A stretch of DNA of 64,000 nt. It comes from Lingula anatina (lineage: Eukaryota; Animalia; Brachiopoda). Location of the stretch: the NCBI GenBank assembly GCA_051362555.1, contig CM120640.1, forward strand, positions 30,399,967 through 30,463,966. The letters run 5' to 3'. Position numbers and translations under genes: made by a program. The notes beneath the pieces are model-generated. The model saw nothing but the letters and a program-made list of their open reading frames with translations. It searched no databases and was not told the DNA's origin. Positions 1 to 14,053 of this stretch are shown one piece after another; the first letter of the stretch is position 1; each line of letters opens with the position of its first letter.

Positions 1-900
1 GTGCACTTTTACTGATAACACGATAAGTGGAAAACCGTTTTTTCTTTTGGCTTGAAACTTACAGAACTGATGAATATTCATATTACGCAGGTCAAGTTCG
101 AAAATCAGCATGATCGGGCCATTTTTGGGGAATTTATGCTGTTTTTTCACTTTTTTCAGCATTTATGCAGCACCGATAACACGATAAGTGGAAAACCGTT
201 TTACCTTTTGGCTTGAAACTTACAGAACTGATGAATATTCATAATATGCAGGTCAAGTTCGAAAATCAGCATGATCGGGCCATTAATATGGAAGTAATGC
301 AGTTTTTTCAATTTTTTCAACATTTATGCAACACCGATAACACAATATTTGAAAAACCGTTATACCTTTTGGCTTGAAACTTACAGAACTGATAAATATT
401 CTTAATACGCAGGTCAAGTTCGAAAATCAACATGATCAGGCCATTTATATTGAAGTTATGCAGTTTTTTCACTTTTTTCAGCATTTATGCAACACCGATA
501 ACACAATATTTGAAAAACCATTTTACCTTTTGGCATGAAACTTACAGAACTGATAAATATTCATAATACGCAGGTCAAGTTCGAAAATCAGCATGATAGG
601 AACATTTTCATGGAAGTCAGCTGTTTTTTCACTTTTTTCAGCATATATGCAACCCTGATAACACGATAAGTGAAAAACCGCTTTACTTTTTGGCTTGAAA
701 CTTACAGAACTGATGTATATCTATAATACGCAAGTCAAGTTCGAAAATTGGCATGATCAGAGCATTTTTATAAAAGTTTTGCTGTTTTTTCACTTTTTTT
801 CAGCATATATGCAACACCTATAACACATTTTAAGGAAAATCGATTGCCCAATTGTCTTGAAATTCACAGTAGTGATCAGTGTTACTGAAATACAGATAAA
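1..900 (+). repeat. ~161-bp tandem repeat array inside HINE family A
   Basis: GATAACAC...GAAACTTACAGAACTGAT...AGGTCAAGTTCGAAAAT recurs at ~14, 175, 336, 497, 658 and ~820. Confidence 0.95.
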
Positions 901-3038
901 GTTTTGAAAATAAGCTTGATCAGTAAAGGTTTGGTGAAGTTATGCCTTTTTTTGTATATAAGTGTTTTTTTCCCTCAAATTTAATTCTCAGGCATGCTAT
1001 CAGTCTCATTTTTGAACTAATTAGATATGTTAAGTTGTTTTTTTTTTGACATTTTCTGCATCTTAACAACATTGTTAGTTGATTATAAAAAAATGATGGT
1101 AAACCTGATATTGTGTATTGTTTAATAAGTGTCAAAAATGGAAAAAAAACACATATCTTTACAGTTTGTCAGATTCAACCATTCACTATGTTCAGAATTT
1201 CAGAATGGAGCAAGTTGGACATTTATAATTGTTCTGTTGATATTTTTGCTTTTACAACATATTTTTTGATTGATATATAAAAATGACCGTAAATTGATTA
1301 TTTTGCTTTATGTAAAAAAGGTGTTGAAAATGGAAATAAACTCTTTCAATACAGTTTTCTCTTGTTTACATTTTGGGATTTTCAAAGTATGACTCTGAAC
1401 TCTATAGGCTAGTCACATTTTCTGAATATCCATGATACTTTTATTTTATTATTAAAAAAATTATGGTTATTATGCTGTTAAGCATAGTGTAATATTGCAT
1501 CAAAATTGAACAAAACCCTATTCTGGGCACTGCCTCCGTAGTAGCAGTGAAAGGAAAACCATGTCACTTGTTCTTCTCACACTTACAGGAAAGAAACATA
1601 GGACTGAAATACAGCTTCAGTTGAAAAATTGTCTCATTAGTTTATTGTTTGGAAGTAATACAGGTTTTTTTGTGAAAATTTTTATCTTTCACATGTTGCA
1701 ATTTTCAGTGTGGGACTTAGAGCTCCCTTGGGCGTGAAGCCCAGTGTTAATCAAATTTTCTTAATGTCCATGTTTTTAATAGTAGATATTTTAAAATTGG
1801 TGGTATTTAATTAGTTAATCATTATGTAATGTTGCATCAAAATTGACAAAAAATCTACTTTGTGCTCTGCTACCATTAATATTATGTAAAGTAAAGTGTT
1901 ACTTTCTATTTTTTTACTATTCTTACAAAAATGATTCTTAGGATTGACATACAGCTCATATTAGAGAACCAGCTCTATTGGATTATCATTTTTATTAAAT
2001 TTATGAATTTTTTGTGAAATTTTCATTTTTCTCATTCTGGCACTTTCTAATTGTAAACTTGAACTCTGATGGGCCTGGAACCTTATGCTTTTACTTTTAT
2101 CAGTGTTACCTGTACGTTGTGCATAATTAAAATTTGATGTTGACTGTGCAGTTAAACATAATGTATTATTGCATCAGAATTGGTAGTCTCCTGTTTTTTT
2201 TTGTGCATTATTGTTTTCTGCTTTTCTTAAGGTGTGACTTATGGGCCTGAAGACCTTTGATAGACTAATTTGTGTGGTCAGTCTGTAAATTCCCCTTGGG
2301 TATTCACTAGGCTAATTTCAGTGCTATAAACTCATTTGCCTAATTAAGCGGCCATTAAATGAAATTTCATAAAGCACACTTGTTGATATTTCCCTGTAAA
2401 CTCCCAAAGGTTAAGCTCTCTGCTAGATAACATAGTGTCCATAATAAGGAAGCAGTGAATAGCAGCTTCATTGGAATTATATTTTTGTTGTTTTCTTTTT
2501 AATTTTTTCTCCAACACTGGCATTTTTAAGATGTGATTTTTAACTCCCATCCACCTGAGGCTCTGCACATTTTCAGTATTTCCACATAAGCAGTTGTATT
2601 GGTATTTATGTCTTTAAACACGCTGTAATATTATTTTATGCACTGTCATCATTTTTCATATATTGGGACTTTCATCATGTGAATTTTAACTCTCATGGCC
2701 CTGAAACTGTAATCTTATTGAAGGGGATTGATTGAGACCATTTTCTGGGTCTCCTGGAAGACAGTCAGATTTTAAAGTTTATATTTACGGGTTTCTGTTG
2801 GAAGACCATCAAAATGCAGGATGGATCAACAAAGATACTTTGGAATACTGTCAGAAAATATCTCTGGATCTGCTCCTGTTATTGACCATGTTACCTGTTG
2901 TGCATGATTAAAAATCAGTGTTGACTGACTGTGCTATTATAAGCATATATTATTGCATCAAAATTGACAAAATGACCTATATTGCATCTTTTTTTTCTGT
3001 TTTTTTGTCTGTACATTTGACAGCTTTGCTGCCTTGTT
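1..3038 (+). mobile_element. Non-autonomous Helentron-derived element (HINE/DINE-1-like), family A, copy 1; 5' end lies outside the window
   Basis: Internal ~161-bp tandem repeats (1-~900). The 3' end has subTIR GTCTGTACAT (3007-3016), a short hairpin GACAGC-TTT-GCTGCC and a T run. Homologous to 4669-7507 and 24000-26049. Confidence 0.8.
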
Positions 3039-4155
3039 TTGAGTGGTATTTAGTTCATCCCAGCTTGTCATCAAAAAATGTTCAGGACCTTTGTATGTAA
3101 ATTTAGAGGGAATAATGTAGTCTCTTTTAGATGTTGTACGTAGGGGTAGCATGGATTTATTTCTAAACGGGATGAAATAGGTAGAGACATAGGAAGGTGC
3201 TAGTTGATTGTGGATATTAAACATAATTTTTTTCGCGTGGTTTCTTCGACGTTCCTCTAGTGAAACCCAGTTCAGCTGTTTCAGTACTTTACAGCGATTT
3301 GAGCCAGGAAGGGCCCCCAGTATATTAAGGCCAGCTTGATACTGGAGGGAGGATAGCTTTGATAGGTTATGTAGAGACGCAGAGCTATAGAGAACATCGC
3401 AATAATCAAGCAAAGGAGAAATGTACGCATTATAAAGTATGTTAAGATGCTTAGATCGTAGAGTTTTAGAAAGCGATTTTAAAGGATTTAGTGCACTTTG
3501 CGCCTTGCTTAAAGTATATATAATATGCTCGGAACAGTCAAGTTTATGATCAAGAATAAACCCAAGGTGTTTGTGGTATTTTTCCTGTAATATAGCCGTG
3601 TTGCATAGAATAAGTGGACTGTACTTTTCTACATTTTCTTTTTTCGTAGTAAAAATCACTTCATTGCACTTTTTTGGTTTAAAAAATAATTTCCACTTCA
3701 CTGACCATGCTTCAAGGTATGAGATATCAGACTGGAGAATATCATGAGCTTTCCTGTTCTCCGGGGTAGACGGGAAAAAGATCGAAGTATCATCAGCATA
3801 TATAAAGCAGTGCGAGATAAGACCGTCAGGTAGGTCGTTTATATACAGAAGAAATAGAAGCGGGCCGAGTATACTTCCTTGCGGAACACTGGTATTGATG
3901 AAGTTTGTCTCTGAGACCTTTGAAAGGGTACCGTTTATGCGTACTCTGATTTTCCTATTGCTCAGATAAGAGGCCAAGAGAGAGTGCAGTTTACCTCTAA
4001 AACCATAGGATATAAGTTTCAGCAATAGGAGACTGTGAGGTACGCTGTCAAATGCAGCAGCAAAATCGAGGAAAATACCTCTAGTATCAAGACCATTTCT
4101 GAAATTGTCCCTAATCAGATTATCAATCGATAGCAATTGATATTCTGTGACTGCG
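3039..4155 (-). mobile_element. 5'-truncated CR1/L2-group non-LTR retrotransposon, reverse transcriptase fragment (ORF 2958-4136)
   Basis: RT motifs FLDFAAAFDSVPH, SVPQGSILGPLLFLLYINDL, YADD and HKHLG. The 3' end is cut by the HINE at 3038 and the ORF reads through into the HINE terminus. Confidence 0.92.
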
Positions 4156-4362
4156 AGTACCGACCCACTTAGTGATCTGACTTAATTACAACCTGATATT
4201 TATTACCTTAAAGGTATGGTAAGCTCTTAAAAGGCGCAAATACCCTTAGAAAACGAATTTCACCCGGGTAAACTGCATTTTTCCTGGACTTAATTTTACC
4301 AGTCCAATAATTTGCTCGTGTTTCTTCCCCTGGCTTTCGCTACCCTTGCTCGCACAGCCTCC

Positions 4363-4395
<33 letters not shown>

Positions 4396-4668
4396 CGTTC
4401 CGACAACAGTGTTGCATTACTCTTAGGGATGAGGATGAATTAACGGGAGTGTAAACTTGGCATATAAATAAAAATTACGAGCATTTACGAGAACAAATTT
4501 TTTGAGCAATAGTGTACCTGTAATGGATCTATCGGTATTTGGACCTAAAAATACGTGGATCTATAGGTATACGGATTTATAGTACGTGGGTTTATATGGA
4601 CGTCGTATCTATAGGAACGCAAATATATAGAACGGTGGTAAAAATCGGATCTATCGGTATTTAAATCT

Positions 4669-7507
4669 AACAAGGCAGCAAAGCTGTCAAATGTACAGAC
4701 AAAAAACAGGAAATAACTATGCACAAAATAGGCTACTGTCAATTCTGATGCAAAAATACATTATGTTAAACTGCAAATTCAACATCAAATTTTAATTATC
4801 CTCAACAGGTAATACCAATGTAATTAAAATATGTGACAAGTTTACACTTTGAAAATGTATAACTTCCAGAAAAAGAAGTTCCTTAGACTGCTTTTCCAAC
4901 TCAGACTGCATTTTAGTCCTGTTTTTCTTTTTTGAAAGTTTGGCAATCATAAGTAACATGGTTTTCCCATAATAGTCATCATGGCAGCAGCACCCAAAAT
5001 TGTGTTTTCTTCTATTCTGATGCAATATTACATAATGGTTAACAGCATAATAACTCAATTTTAATAATAAAATATACGTATCATGGATTTTCAGAAAATG
5101 TGACTAGCATGGGTCTTCAAGCCCGTGGAACTTCAAAGTCATACCTTGAAAATGCCAATATGTGAAAAATTAAATTTTCACAAAATAACTGTTTAACTGG
5201 CAGCAAGAATTACCAAACAGACTGTATTTCCTACTGAAGCTGTATTTTAGTCCCATGTTTCTTTCCTGTAAGTTTGAGAACAGTAAATGACATGGTTTTT
5301 CTTAAATGGTCATCATGGGAGCAGTGCCCAAAATAGTTTTTTTTTTTTTTTCAAATTTTGATGCAATATTACATAATGTTTAACAGCATAATGACCATCA
5401 ACTTTAATAATAAAATATTAGTATTATGGATATTCAGAAAATGTGACTAGCAAAGGTCTTCAGGCCCATGGAACTTCAAAGTCACAACTTGAAAATGCCA
5501 AAATGTAAACGAGACAGCACTGTTCTGAAATGTTTTTTTTTTCCATTTTTAACAATTTTTAACATAAAACAAAATTATCAGTTTTCTGCCGTTTTTATAT
5601 GATAAACTAAGAAAATTGATGAGATGGGAAAAATATCAACAGAGCAGTGTTAAATGTCCAATCTCTTCCATTCTGAGATTCTGAACATAGTGAATGATTG
5701 AATCTGACAAACTGCAATGATATGAGTTTATTTCCAATTTTGAAACTTTATTACACTATACACGATAACAAGTTTACCATCATTTTTACATAATCAACTA
5801 ATAATGTTGTAAAATTGCAGGAAATGCCAAACAAACACTTTTACGTATCTTATTAGTTCAATAATGAAACTGTTTACATGCCTAAGAATCAAATCTGAGG
5901 AAATGTGAAAAAACTGCATTTCTTTAAAATAATGGCCCGATTATGCTGATTTTTGAACTCAACCTGCGTTTTAGCAGGAATGACCACTCCTGTGAGTTTA
6001 ATGACAATTGGCCTATCTGTTTTTCTTATATTGTGTTTACAGTGTTGCATATATGCTGAAAAGTGAAAAAAAAGCATAACTACTAAAATAGTGGCCCGAT
6101 CATGCCGATTTTCGACCTTGACCTGCATTTTATGAATATTCATCAGCTCTGTAAATATACAGCCAAAAAGTAAAACTGCCTTCCACTTATCGTGTTTACA
6201 ATGAAAGTGCATGGCGCCGGCGACAGCGACGGCAACGACGGCGACGACAGACGCAGGTGATGGCAATATGTACAGACACATCTGTACATATTAACTGTAC
6301 TGTTTGAGAACAGTAAGTGACATGGTTTTTCTTAAATGGTCATCATGGGAGCAGTGCCCAAAATAGGTTTTTTTCAAATTTTGATGCAATATTACATAAT
6401 GTTTAACAGCATAATGATCATCAATTTTTAATAATAAAATATTAGTATCATGGACAAATAGTAAACGTGACTAACAAAGGTTTTTAGGCCGATGGAACTT
6501 CAAAGTCACACCTTCAAAATACCAAAATGTAAACAAGACAGCACTGTTCTGAAATGGGTTTATTTCCATTTTTAACACTTTTTTAACATAAAACAAAATT
6601 AATAGGTTACCGCCATTTTTATAAGATCAACTAAGAAAATTGATGAGATGTGAAAAATATCAATAGAACAGTGTTAAATGTCCAATTTCTTCCATTCTGA
6701 GATTCTGAACATAGTGAATGATTGAATCTGACAAACTGCAATGATATGAGTTTATTTCCATTTTTGACACTTTATTACACAATTCACGATAACAAGTTTA
6801 CCATCATTTTTACATAATCAACTAACAATGTTGTAAAGATGCAGGAAATGTCAAACAAACACTTTTACGTATCTTTTTACTTAAATAATAAGGATATTAA
6901 CATGCCTAAGAATTAAATCTGAGGAAATCTGAGGAAATGTGAAAAAACAGCATAACTTCTAAAATAATGCCCCGATTATGCTGATTTTCGAACTCAACCT
7001 GCGTTCTAGTAAGACTGACCATTCCTGTGAGTTTAATGACAATTGGGCTTACTGTTTTTCTTATATTGTGTTTACAGTGTTGCATATATGCTGAACAATG
7101 AAAAAACCACATAACTACTAAAATAGTGGCCCGATCATGCTGATTTTCAAACTTGACCTGCGTTTTAGTAAGATTGATTATTCCTGAGTGTCATGACAAC
7201 AGGCCTAACGGTTTTCCTTAAAATGTGTTTACAAGGTTGCATATATGCTGAAAAGTGAAAAAACAGCATAACTTCTACAATAATGGCCCGATCATGCTGA
7301 TTTTCGAACTTGACCTGCGTTTTATGAATATTCATCAGCTCTGTAAATATAAAGCCAAAAAGTAAAACTGCCTTCCACTTATCGTGTTTACAAGGAAAGT
7401 GCACGGCGCCGGCGACGGCATCGGCATCGGCATCGGCGACGGCGACGGCGACGACAGACGCAGGTGATGGCAATATGTACAGACACATCTGTGTCTGTAC
7501 ATAAAAA
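4669..7507 (-). mobile_element. HINE family A, copy 2 (composite, with two 5' ends)
   Basis: AACAAGGCAGCAAAGCTGTCAAATGTACAGAC at 4669 is the 3' end. The hairpin ATGTACAGACACA-TC-TGTGTCTGTACAT plus an A run at ~7476-7507 follows a (GACGGC)n microsatellite. A second 5' end lies at ~6215-6290. Confidence 0.85.
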
Positions 7508-8099
7508 GATGTTTTTTCAGTTTTTCCTTTATCTATCTATTGGTAACGGGAGTATAGGAACGAATAATATTTTGGGGCTAAATTTTTTCCGTACGTACCC
7601 CTGCAGCCGGATTTGAAAAACTAGTAAAGATTTATTGTTGTCTGTTATCATCAAATATACTATTTAATTATACAGAATATCTTTCAGCAAAGCACTCCAT
7701 AAAAGAAAGCATAATCCATTAACTTGGGGGTAATCAAAATATATAAATTTGTATATTTTTAATTGGAAAATCTTCTTATTGATATTCCATTTTTAACAAA
7801 TATTGAGGGATTTTTTATAAAAATTAAAGTGAAAGGAAAAAGATTAGAGGGAGAAAAAGAGCAACAATTGAATATACACATTTTTTCCCCAAAAACATCC
7901 TTTATTTCAGTAAAATAAGGGAGAACATTCATAATATTGGCATGCACACACTACAAAAAAAATTCTTTTTGACAAGTATCTAAAAATCAAAACTAATATA
8001 TCTCATACTTAAAGAACAATGCACTAAGACTAACAGAACAAACAAAATTTCAAGTACAGCAATATGGTATCAACCGGCCTCTATTCAAACATATAAAAA

Positions 8100-8598
8100 A
8101 TACATCAATTGAACAATTTTAAATATGCAATTTGCTCCATTTTGTAATTATAAACATAGTGAAGGATTGAATTTGACAAACTGCACTGATATAATTTTAT
8201 TTTCCAATTTTGACTCTTTATTTCACATTACATGATAACAGATTTACCATCATTTTTATATAATCAACTAACAAAATTGTTAAAGTGCAGAATTTGTCAA
8301 AAGAACACATTTATCAAATTTATGTATGTAATATGTTCAATAATGAGACATTTATGTCTAAGAATTGAACCTGAGAAAAAAACCACTTATACAAAAAAAA
8401 AAATGAATGTTGTAAAAATTATAAAAATAAAGCTGATTTTCAAACTCATCCAGTATATTAATATTCATCAGTTTTGTAAGTTTGCAGACAAAATAGTTTT
8501 CTACTTATCGTTATAACACTGAAAGTGCATGGCAAAGACGGTGATGACAGACGCATGTGACAGTAATATGTTCAGACACATCTGTCTGTAAATAAAAA
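8100..8598 (-). mobile_element. Degenerate HINE family A fragment
   Basis: Diverged 5' end ATGTTCAGACACATCTGTCTGTAAATAAAAA at ~8568-8598, with body similarity to copy 2. Confidence 0.7.
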
Positions 8599-9575
8599 TC
8601 ATATATAAGTAATGTTGCAATGGAGTGGGACTAATTTTCTTCCAGCTTTTGTATTGATCAAATATTGATAAAATTCCCATCTGAAGACGTCTATTAAATG
8701 TCACATGACATACAGTTCAAAGCCAGAAGGAAAAAACCATCAACATGTCTTGTATGCTATTAAATATAAATTTATCTTCTACCCGTTTCTGAACCAAGAC
8801 AATAGTTCTTGGAATGTTGAGTACACCAAGGAATCCAACACAGATATATTTCTAGGATGATGTTTTAAAACAAACTGCAAATTGCTGTTTTGTATTTTCA
8901 TCTGGAATCATATCAACTCTACTTGCTACACTGACTGAGCTGTATCATTTCTCCTCACATTTTAAAGTAATTAATACATTCTTTATGTGGTATATGGACT
9001 GTGATCTCTGATGACTGGTTGTCTGGTACCCCATTGGAATGAGTGGGTCATTGGGGCTGGCCATGCCCTGTTTTAGGTTTAGCATGTTTTTTGGGTTGTT
9101 GTAGTCTTCAAAAAAGACAAGCACTTTAGACTAATGAATAAAAAGAAAATTTCCAGTTATTGAAGCTATTTACTCCATTCTGTGCCACAGAGCTGTCATA
9201 TGCTAAGTCTGGCATGCTGATGGCCACAACCTTTTCTCCATGGAAAGCCAGTTCCTGCAGATGCCCCAATCTGAATTCACCCCCTCCCCATTCAAATGCA
9301 GCTAGGGCCTTGCCCATACTGAAATAACAGCAACAACTATTTCAATATGCAAGGGAATTGTTTGTTATCATTACCAAAAGATTAATATTTGGACTTATAT
9401 TAAATATTAAATGAGTCTTTAAAAAATTGCTGCAATGATTATACCTTATATGTCTTTAAGAAAAAAGAGTTTGATAATGAACAACTTATTTTCTAAGATG
9501 AATTTGATATCATCTAAGATGACTTAACAATTTTTTCTTAAAATTCTTTGCAAGAGAGAGAGAGAGAAATCTTAC

Positions 9576-9663
9576 CTTCTTCTTTGCAGAAATAGGAACA
9601 CAACAATAACTGCCTCTAATAGGATGACCCCAAGTATAATGGGGACCACAATGGCAGCTGTTT
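9576..9663 (-). CDS. Transmembrane-helix exon TAAIVVPIILGVILLEAVIVVFLFLQRR
   Basis: TTTCAG acceptor and GTAAGA donor. The 88 nt are open and encode a hydrophobic stretch followed by basic stop-transfer residues. Confidence 0.75.
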
Positions 9664-11701
9664 CTGAAATAACATATTTACTGGGAATGTATCAAATCAA
9701 GAAGGGAAATAATTCATTGAAGAAGCAACAGGGACTTATTTACAATATGATAAAAATACCATACAGCAATTTAACTAGAACAACCAAGACTGACATAAGA
9801 TGAATTTAATCTTAGATGCAAAAATGTTAAAAGAAACTTACTATGAGATATGATAATCAACAAAATGAAATTTTAAACCAAATACAGTTTTTCAAATTTG
9901 ACCTCAAAAAGGATCTTGATAAAAGATTATGTAGTCTACTATCAACTTATGTGAACTTGCATCAGCTCCAGTGAAAGCTGAAGGCTCCTTTTCACAGTAT
10001 TCTCCATAATACTCTGAAATTTGATCAAATTTATTCAAATACAGAGTGACAAAATTTTTGACTTTAAATAAAATAAAAACAAAAACTCAATCCACCATTT
10101 CAGATGTAGGCAAGCCATGCTGCATTTTTCTTTAATTATATCAATTCATAAACATGGGTAGATTTCACAAGATAAACAGCCAGTATACAACAGCATACCC
10201 TGGTTTTCCTCAACTGCACAAACTCCATGAATGTATTTTTGATTTGCAAAATCATCAGCTTGGCACCAACTTTACTTTATCTTCATATTAAAGTCTTCAT
10301 GTGTATAATAAAATAAAATGCAATCAAATGGAATACGCTTAAATACCACATATATAAGAAAAGCTAATACCTTCACCCAGACATCCGGGCTGCATACAAC
10401 ACCTGGGCATTGCTCTCTGACATAATGTAAATTTTTCTTGAATTGCATTTCCACAATTCACTTGCTGGAAATAAAAATTAAAGTCTTACAATCGTGCAGG
10501 TTACATTTGAAGTGATTTAGCATACTTTTATTGTTAATGGTAGTAAAAATTGACAAATGAAAATATTTGCTCAGAAAGTATGACTAATTCCATTTTAAAA
10601 CAAAGATATGGGAAGGCATGGAAGATGGAGAGCTTGCATTAAAACAAAGCTCTTTTGTGAGTGATAATCCATTCAATTTTTAAGAATTTGGGCAATTTCT
10701 TATCCCCTAATGCCTTTTCATGACTTATCAAATGCTTATTAGGGTGGGGGTGCGGGTGGGGGGAAGCTTACCTCAGGTGGCTTCTGTGTTTGTGAGTTCA
10801 CAATCTGCAAAGTCCATCAAAATTGGTAATTGGATGAGTGTCCTGTCTCAACAACCCTACGTAACACTCCAGGGACACTACATGTGTCAGGCATCAGATT
10901 GACAGTAACAAAGGCCACACTGATAAGAGATTTTCCATACACCACTTCCTGATAGACCTTACTGTAAAAAGAAATCAGTGATTTTTATATTTTTACTTTC
11001 AAACAGAGCCTATTTCAGTTATGTTGCATTGATTGAATTGAAGACAATTGCAGTTCATTCTTTTGTAATTTAATAAAGAAACACTTAATGAAATCATAAA
11101 TGCAATTCATCCTCTCACCTTGCAAATGATGCCCTCCTATTCCTAAAGGAGAGTACAGGAGGTAAAGTCAAAGTAGTGATGTTTGTGACAGGGGGTGGGG
11201 TCTCCAGAGCATATCCCTGCAGATTAAATATATAGCCGTTTAAACTTTCCACGATAAAAAAAAACATCTTCTGATGGGAGGATTGCCTCATTATCCACAT
11301 TGGTCACATTAGGTGGCTTTGTTGCTCAGCAGGTATCTGAAAATATTTTAATACATCATTTAATAAAATAGACAGACAGATAGATAGAATTAAATTAATG
11401 ACACAGTATCATAATGATGCTATGATAGATATTCTATGTTAAATTTTTGGTTTAATAGTTTATTTAATATACCAAATTTTACTCAGACTAAATTAACATG
11501 AAACACATACACACACACACACAAACACAAAAGACACAAATTATGTGTTCTTTATTTTCTTTAACTGAGGTGAGAAAGCAATCGGTAGGGGGTGTAACTT
11601 CATCCCTGCAAAAGATTTTGTCACCAATGTGGCAAAGTTGACCACAAGTCTTAGGACTATAATCCTGTGCTGTCATTTTTATGGAGTTACCCAGCGGGCA
11701 C

Positions 11702-12030
11702 TCAACGTTGATTCAACATTGAGGATAGGTTGAGATGATGTTGATCCATCAATATTGATAGATCAACAAGATCTCAACATTGAATCAACCTTTTCTTGTC
11801 AACCAATTGTCAATGTTGATAGATCAACAGGGTCTCAACATTGACTTAACCTTTCTTTGTCAATCAATTTTCAATGTTGATAGATCAACAGGATTTCAAC
11901 ATTGGATCAACCTTTTCTTGTCAACCGATTGTCAATGTTGATAGATCAACAGGATTTCAACATTGAATCAACCTGTGTTTGTAAACCCTTTGTCAATGTT
12001 GACATATCAACTGGATCTCAACATTGGGCC
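11702..12030. repeat. Left subterminal repeat array (~59-bp units) of the CACTA-like element
   Basis: GATAGATCAACAGGATTTCAACATTGAATCAACC units recur about every 59 bp. Confidence 0.9.
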
Positions 12031-12695
12031 AACCTTAACTTTATAACCTTAATCATAACCTTGATAATAGTTTTAAATGATTATCTCACTAGAGAGGTAT
12101 GCATAGGCCATTACCCCTCATAAAACGCTTGTTTTACCCCTTTTTCATTAAAATTAATTTTGTGAAAAAAGCGGCCGTCAGTTTTTTTTAAACTTTCCAC
12201 AGGTTATCTTTAAGAAAAAGAAAAAAACATAGGGTCACCAGCCTTACTTTATGGCAAATTGACAAAATTTTACTCAAGGTTGAAGAAAAAGCTTGAAAAA
12301 GCCAAAAATGCCTGTTTTTCTGGAAATTTAAGTAAGCTGTGAGAAAAAAATTAGACTGGTGACCCTTTGTTTTTGTATTCTTAAAATTATCTTAACTACC
12401 TGATGTGACGTTATAATTATTTTAGTAAAGCTAATTTGTTGTTTAATTTTTATGAGTAATTACCGTATGTGCCTGCTTACTTGTATAATGTAAATGAAGT
12501 GCGGGACTGTTATTAAGTGCGAGACTCCGGATAACATGAACTGATGCAACACGTGAGTGTGGACAGTGTGTAACACTTTTACAGTACAAAAACTGTACTT
12601 TATTAACAGTACTTTGTGAGGCCACACTATCAGGAGGATCGTTCAACAGATAAGGACATGGAACGGTGACATTGCGTCTTCAAAACCCCACACTA

Positions 12696-12737
12696 TCAGG
12701 AGGAACGTTTAAACTTTTTGCTTTGTACTTTCATACA
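12696..12737 (-). CDS. Putative terminal exon of the chimeric gene (CMKVQSKKFKRSS*)
   Basis: CTTCTACAG acceptor, phase 0, TGA at 12698-12696. AATAAA on the minus strand at 12604-12599. Confidence 0.4.
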   Translation of the reverse strand, partial: CMKVQSKKFKRSS

Positions 12738-12850
12738 CTGTAGAAGATTTTAATCCAAAAGACTCATCTTGTAGATTAGACTTTCTTTAAATTCCTTGCT
12801 AGAGCAATTTACCTTATTTGTATAATCTATATGAACTTCAGGTTTGTCAA

Positions 12851-12887
<37 letters not shown>

Positions 12888-13003
12888 CCTTAAACCACTA
12901 GTGCAAAAAGATTCTAATATGTCCAAATTTTTCCAAGCCATTTTGCTCAAATGTCAACCTCATGCTCCACCACTGAATGAACTAACCACACATAATATCT
13001 TAC

Positions 13004-13155
13004 CCCTGTAAACTGGGTGTACAGAGAACCTCCGTGGAACACATTCCAGAAGTGGAGGTAACCCCTGGGTCCTCCTGCAATGAGAGATGCTGCATCCTTC
13101 TTGTGTGCTCGAGATCTCAAAAACAACAGCTTGTTGATGCTCAAGTCGCCATCCA
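13004..13155 (-). CDS. Captured WD40 exon 6 (LDGDLSINKLLFL...GPRGYLHFWNVFHGGSLYTQFTG)
   Basis: TTTCAG/GTAAGA splice sites, 152 nt, phase 1-0. Confidence 0.9.
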
Positions 13156-13619
13156 CTGAAACATGGACAGTTTTGTTAATATGCAAATATAATTTTTTTG
13201 GATTTTTAATGAGAGTAAAAACTGTCTCCCATTCCTAGTGCTGGTTAAAAAATTGATTATTGATTTATCATAACTGGAGTTCTTTAAATTATTTTTCTAC
13301 AAAATTTAAAACATCTTCTTCATAATGTATGTCTTCAGTTAAGTGGCATTTCACAGAGATAAACTGCAACTTATTGTTAAAAGTCGCATTTTCTGACAAG
13401 TCAGAATGAGCTACATGTAAGCAAAAAACTGTAATCTTTGCTTTGATTCTGAACTTCTTTTATTCAAAATTAATCTGTGATAGTCTACTAAATAAACAAC
13501 TGTTCTAAAACATTATCCATTTCTTTCTCTTTATAAGACAATAATTTATTTAGACTACTACTGACTTATCTCAGGTAAAAGTTGACTGATATTATCTGGT
13601 CTACAAACACAGCACCTAC

Positions 13620-13782
13620 ATGACTGGTCCTTGTATCCCTTAGGTACTGGAGCAAACAGGTGGCAGAAGATGTGTCCAGACACCATGTTCCATACAATGA
13701 CCTCTCCATCATAACTGGATGTGGCCAGAAGATTGGGTGGACAGAAAGCCACAGAAAGAATGTCCTCCTTGTGACCATTTTC
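13620..13782 (-). CDS. Captured WD40 exon 5 (ENGHKEDILSVAFCPPNLLATSSYDGEVIVWNMVSGHIFCHL...)
   Basis: TTTCAG/GTAGGT splice sites, 163 nt, phase 0-1, complete GH...WN WD repeat. Confidence 0.93.
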
Positions 13783-14053
13783 CTGAAATCATTATTATAT
13801 TTTAGTATATGTATCATTCATAGCTGAAAAAATGAATAGAAAAACTTGTATCACATCTGCAGGTTCAGAACTTTAGAAAGGGCAAGGGGATTGCACTGCA
13901 TGCCCTCTTAAATTTGGAGGCTAAAGAGGGATTGCAGAACAGGATACTCCAATCAAGTGTATTCTTCCTGAAGGTTGAACCAATAAATCTTAATCTACTC
14001 ATTATATTATTATTTAAAAAAATTTAATCCAGTCTGAGTGTCCATCTACTGAC

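Noticed and set aside
5889-7488. ORFs with signal-peptide-like starts (MCLYILPSPASVVAV...)
   Set aside because: They are translations of the HINE terminal microsatellite and internal repeats.
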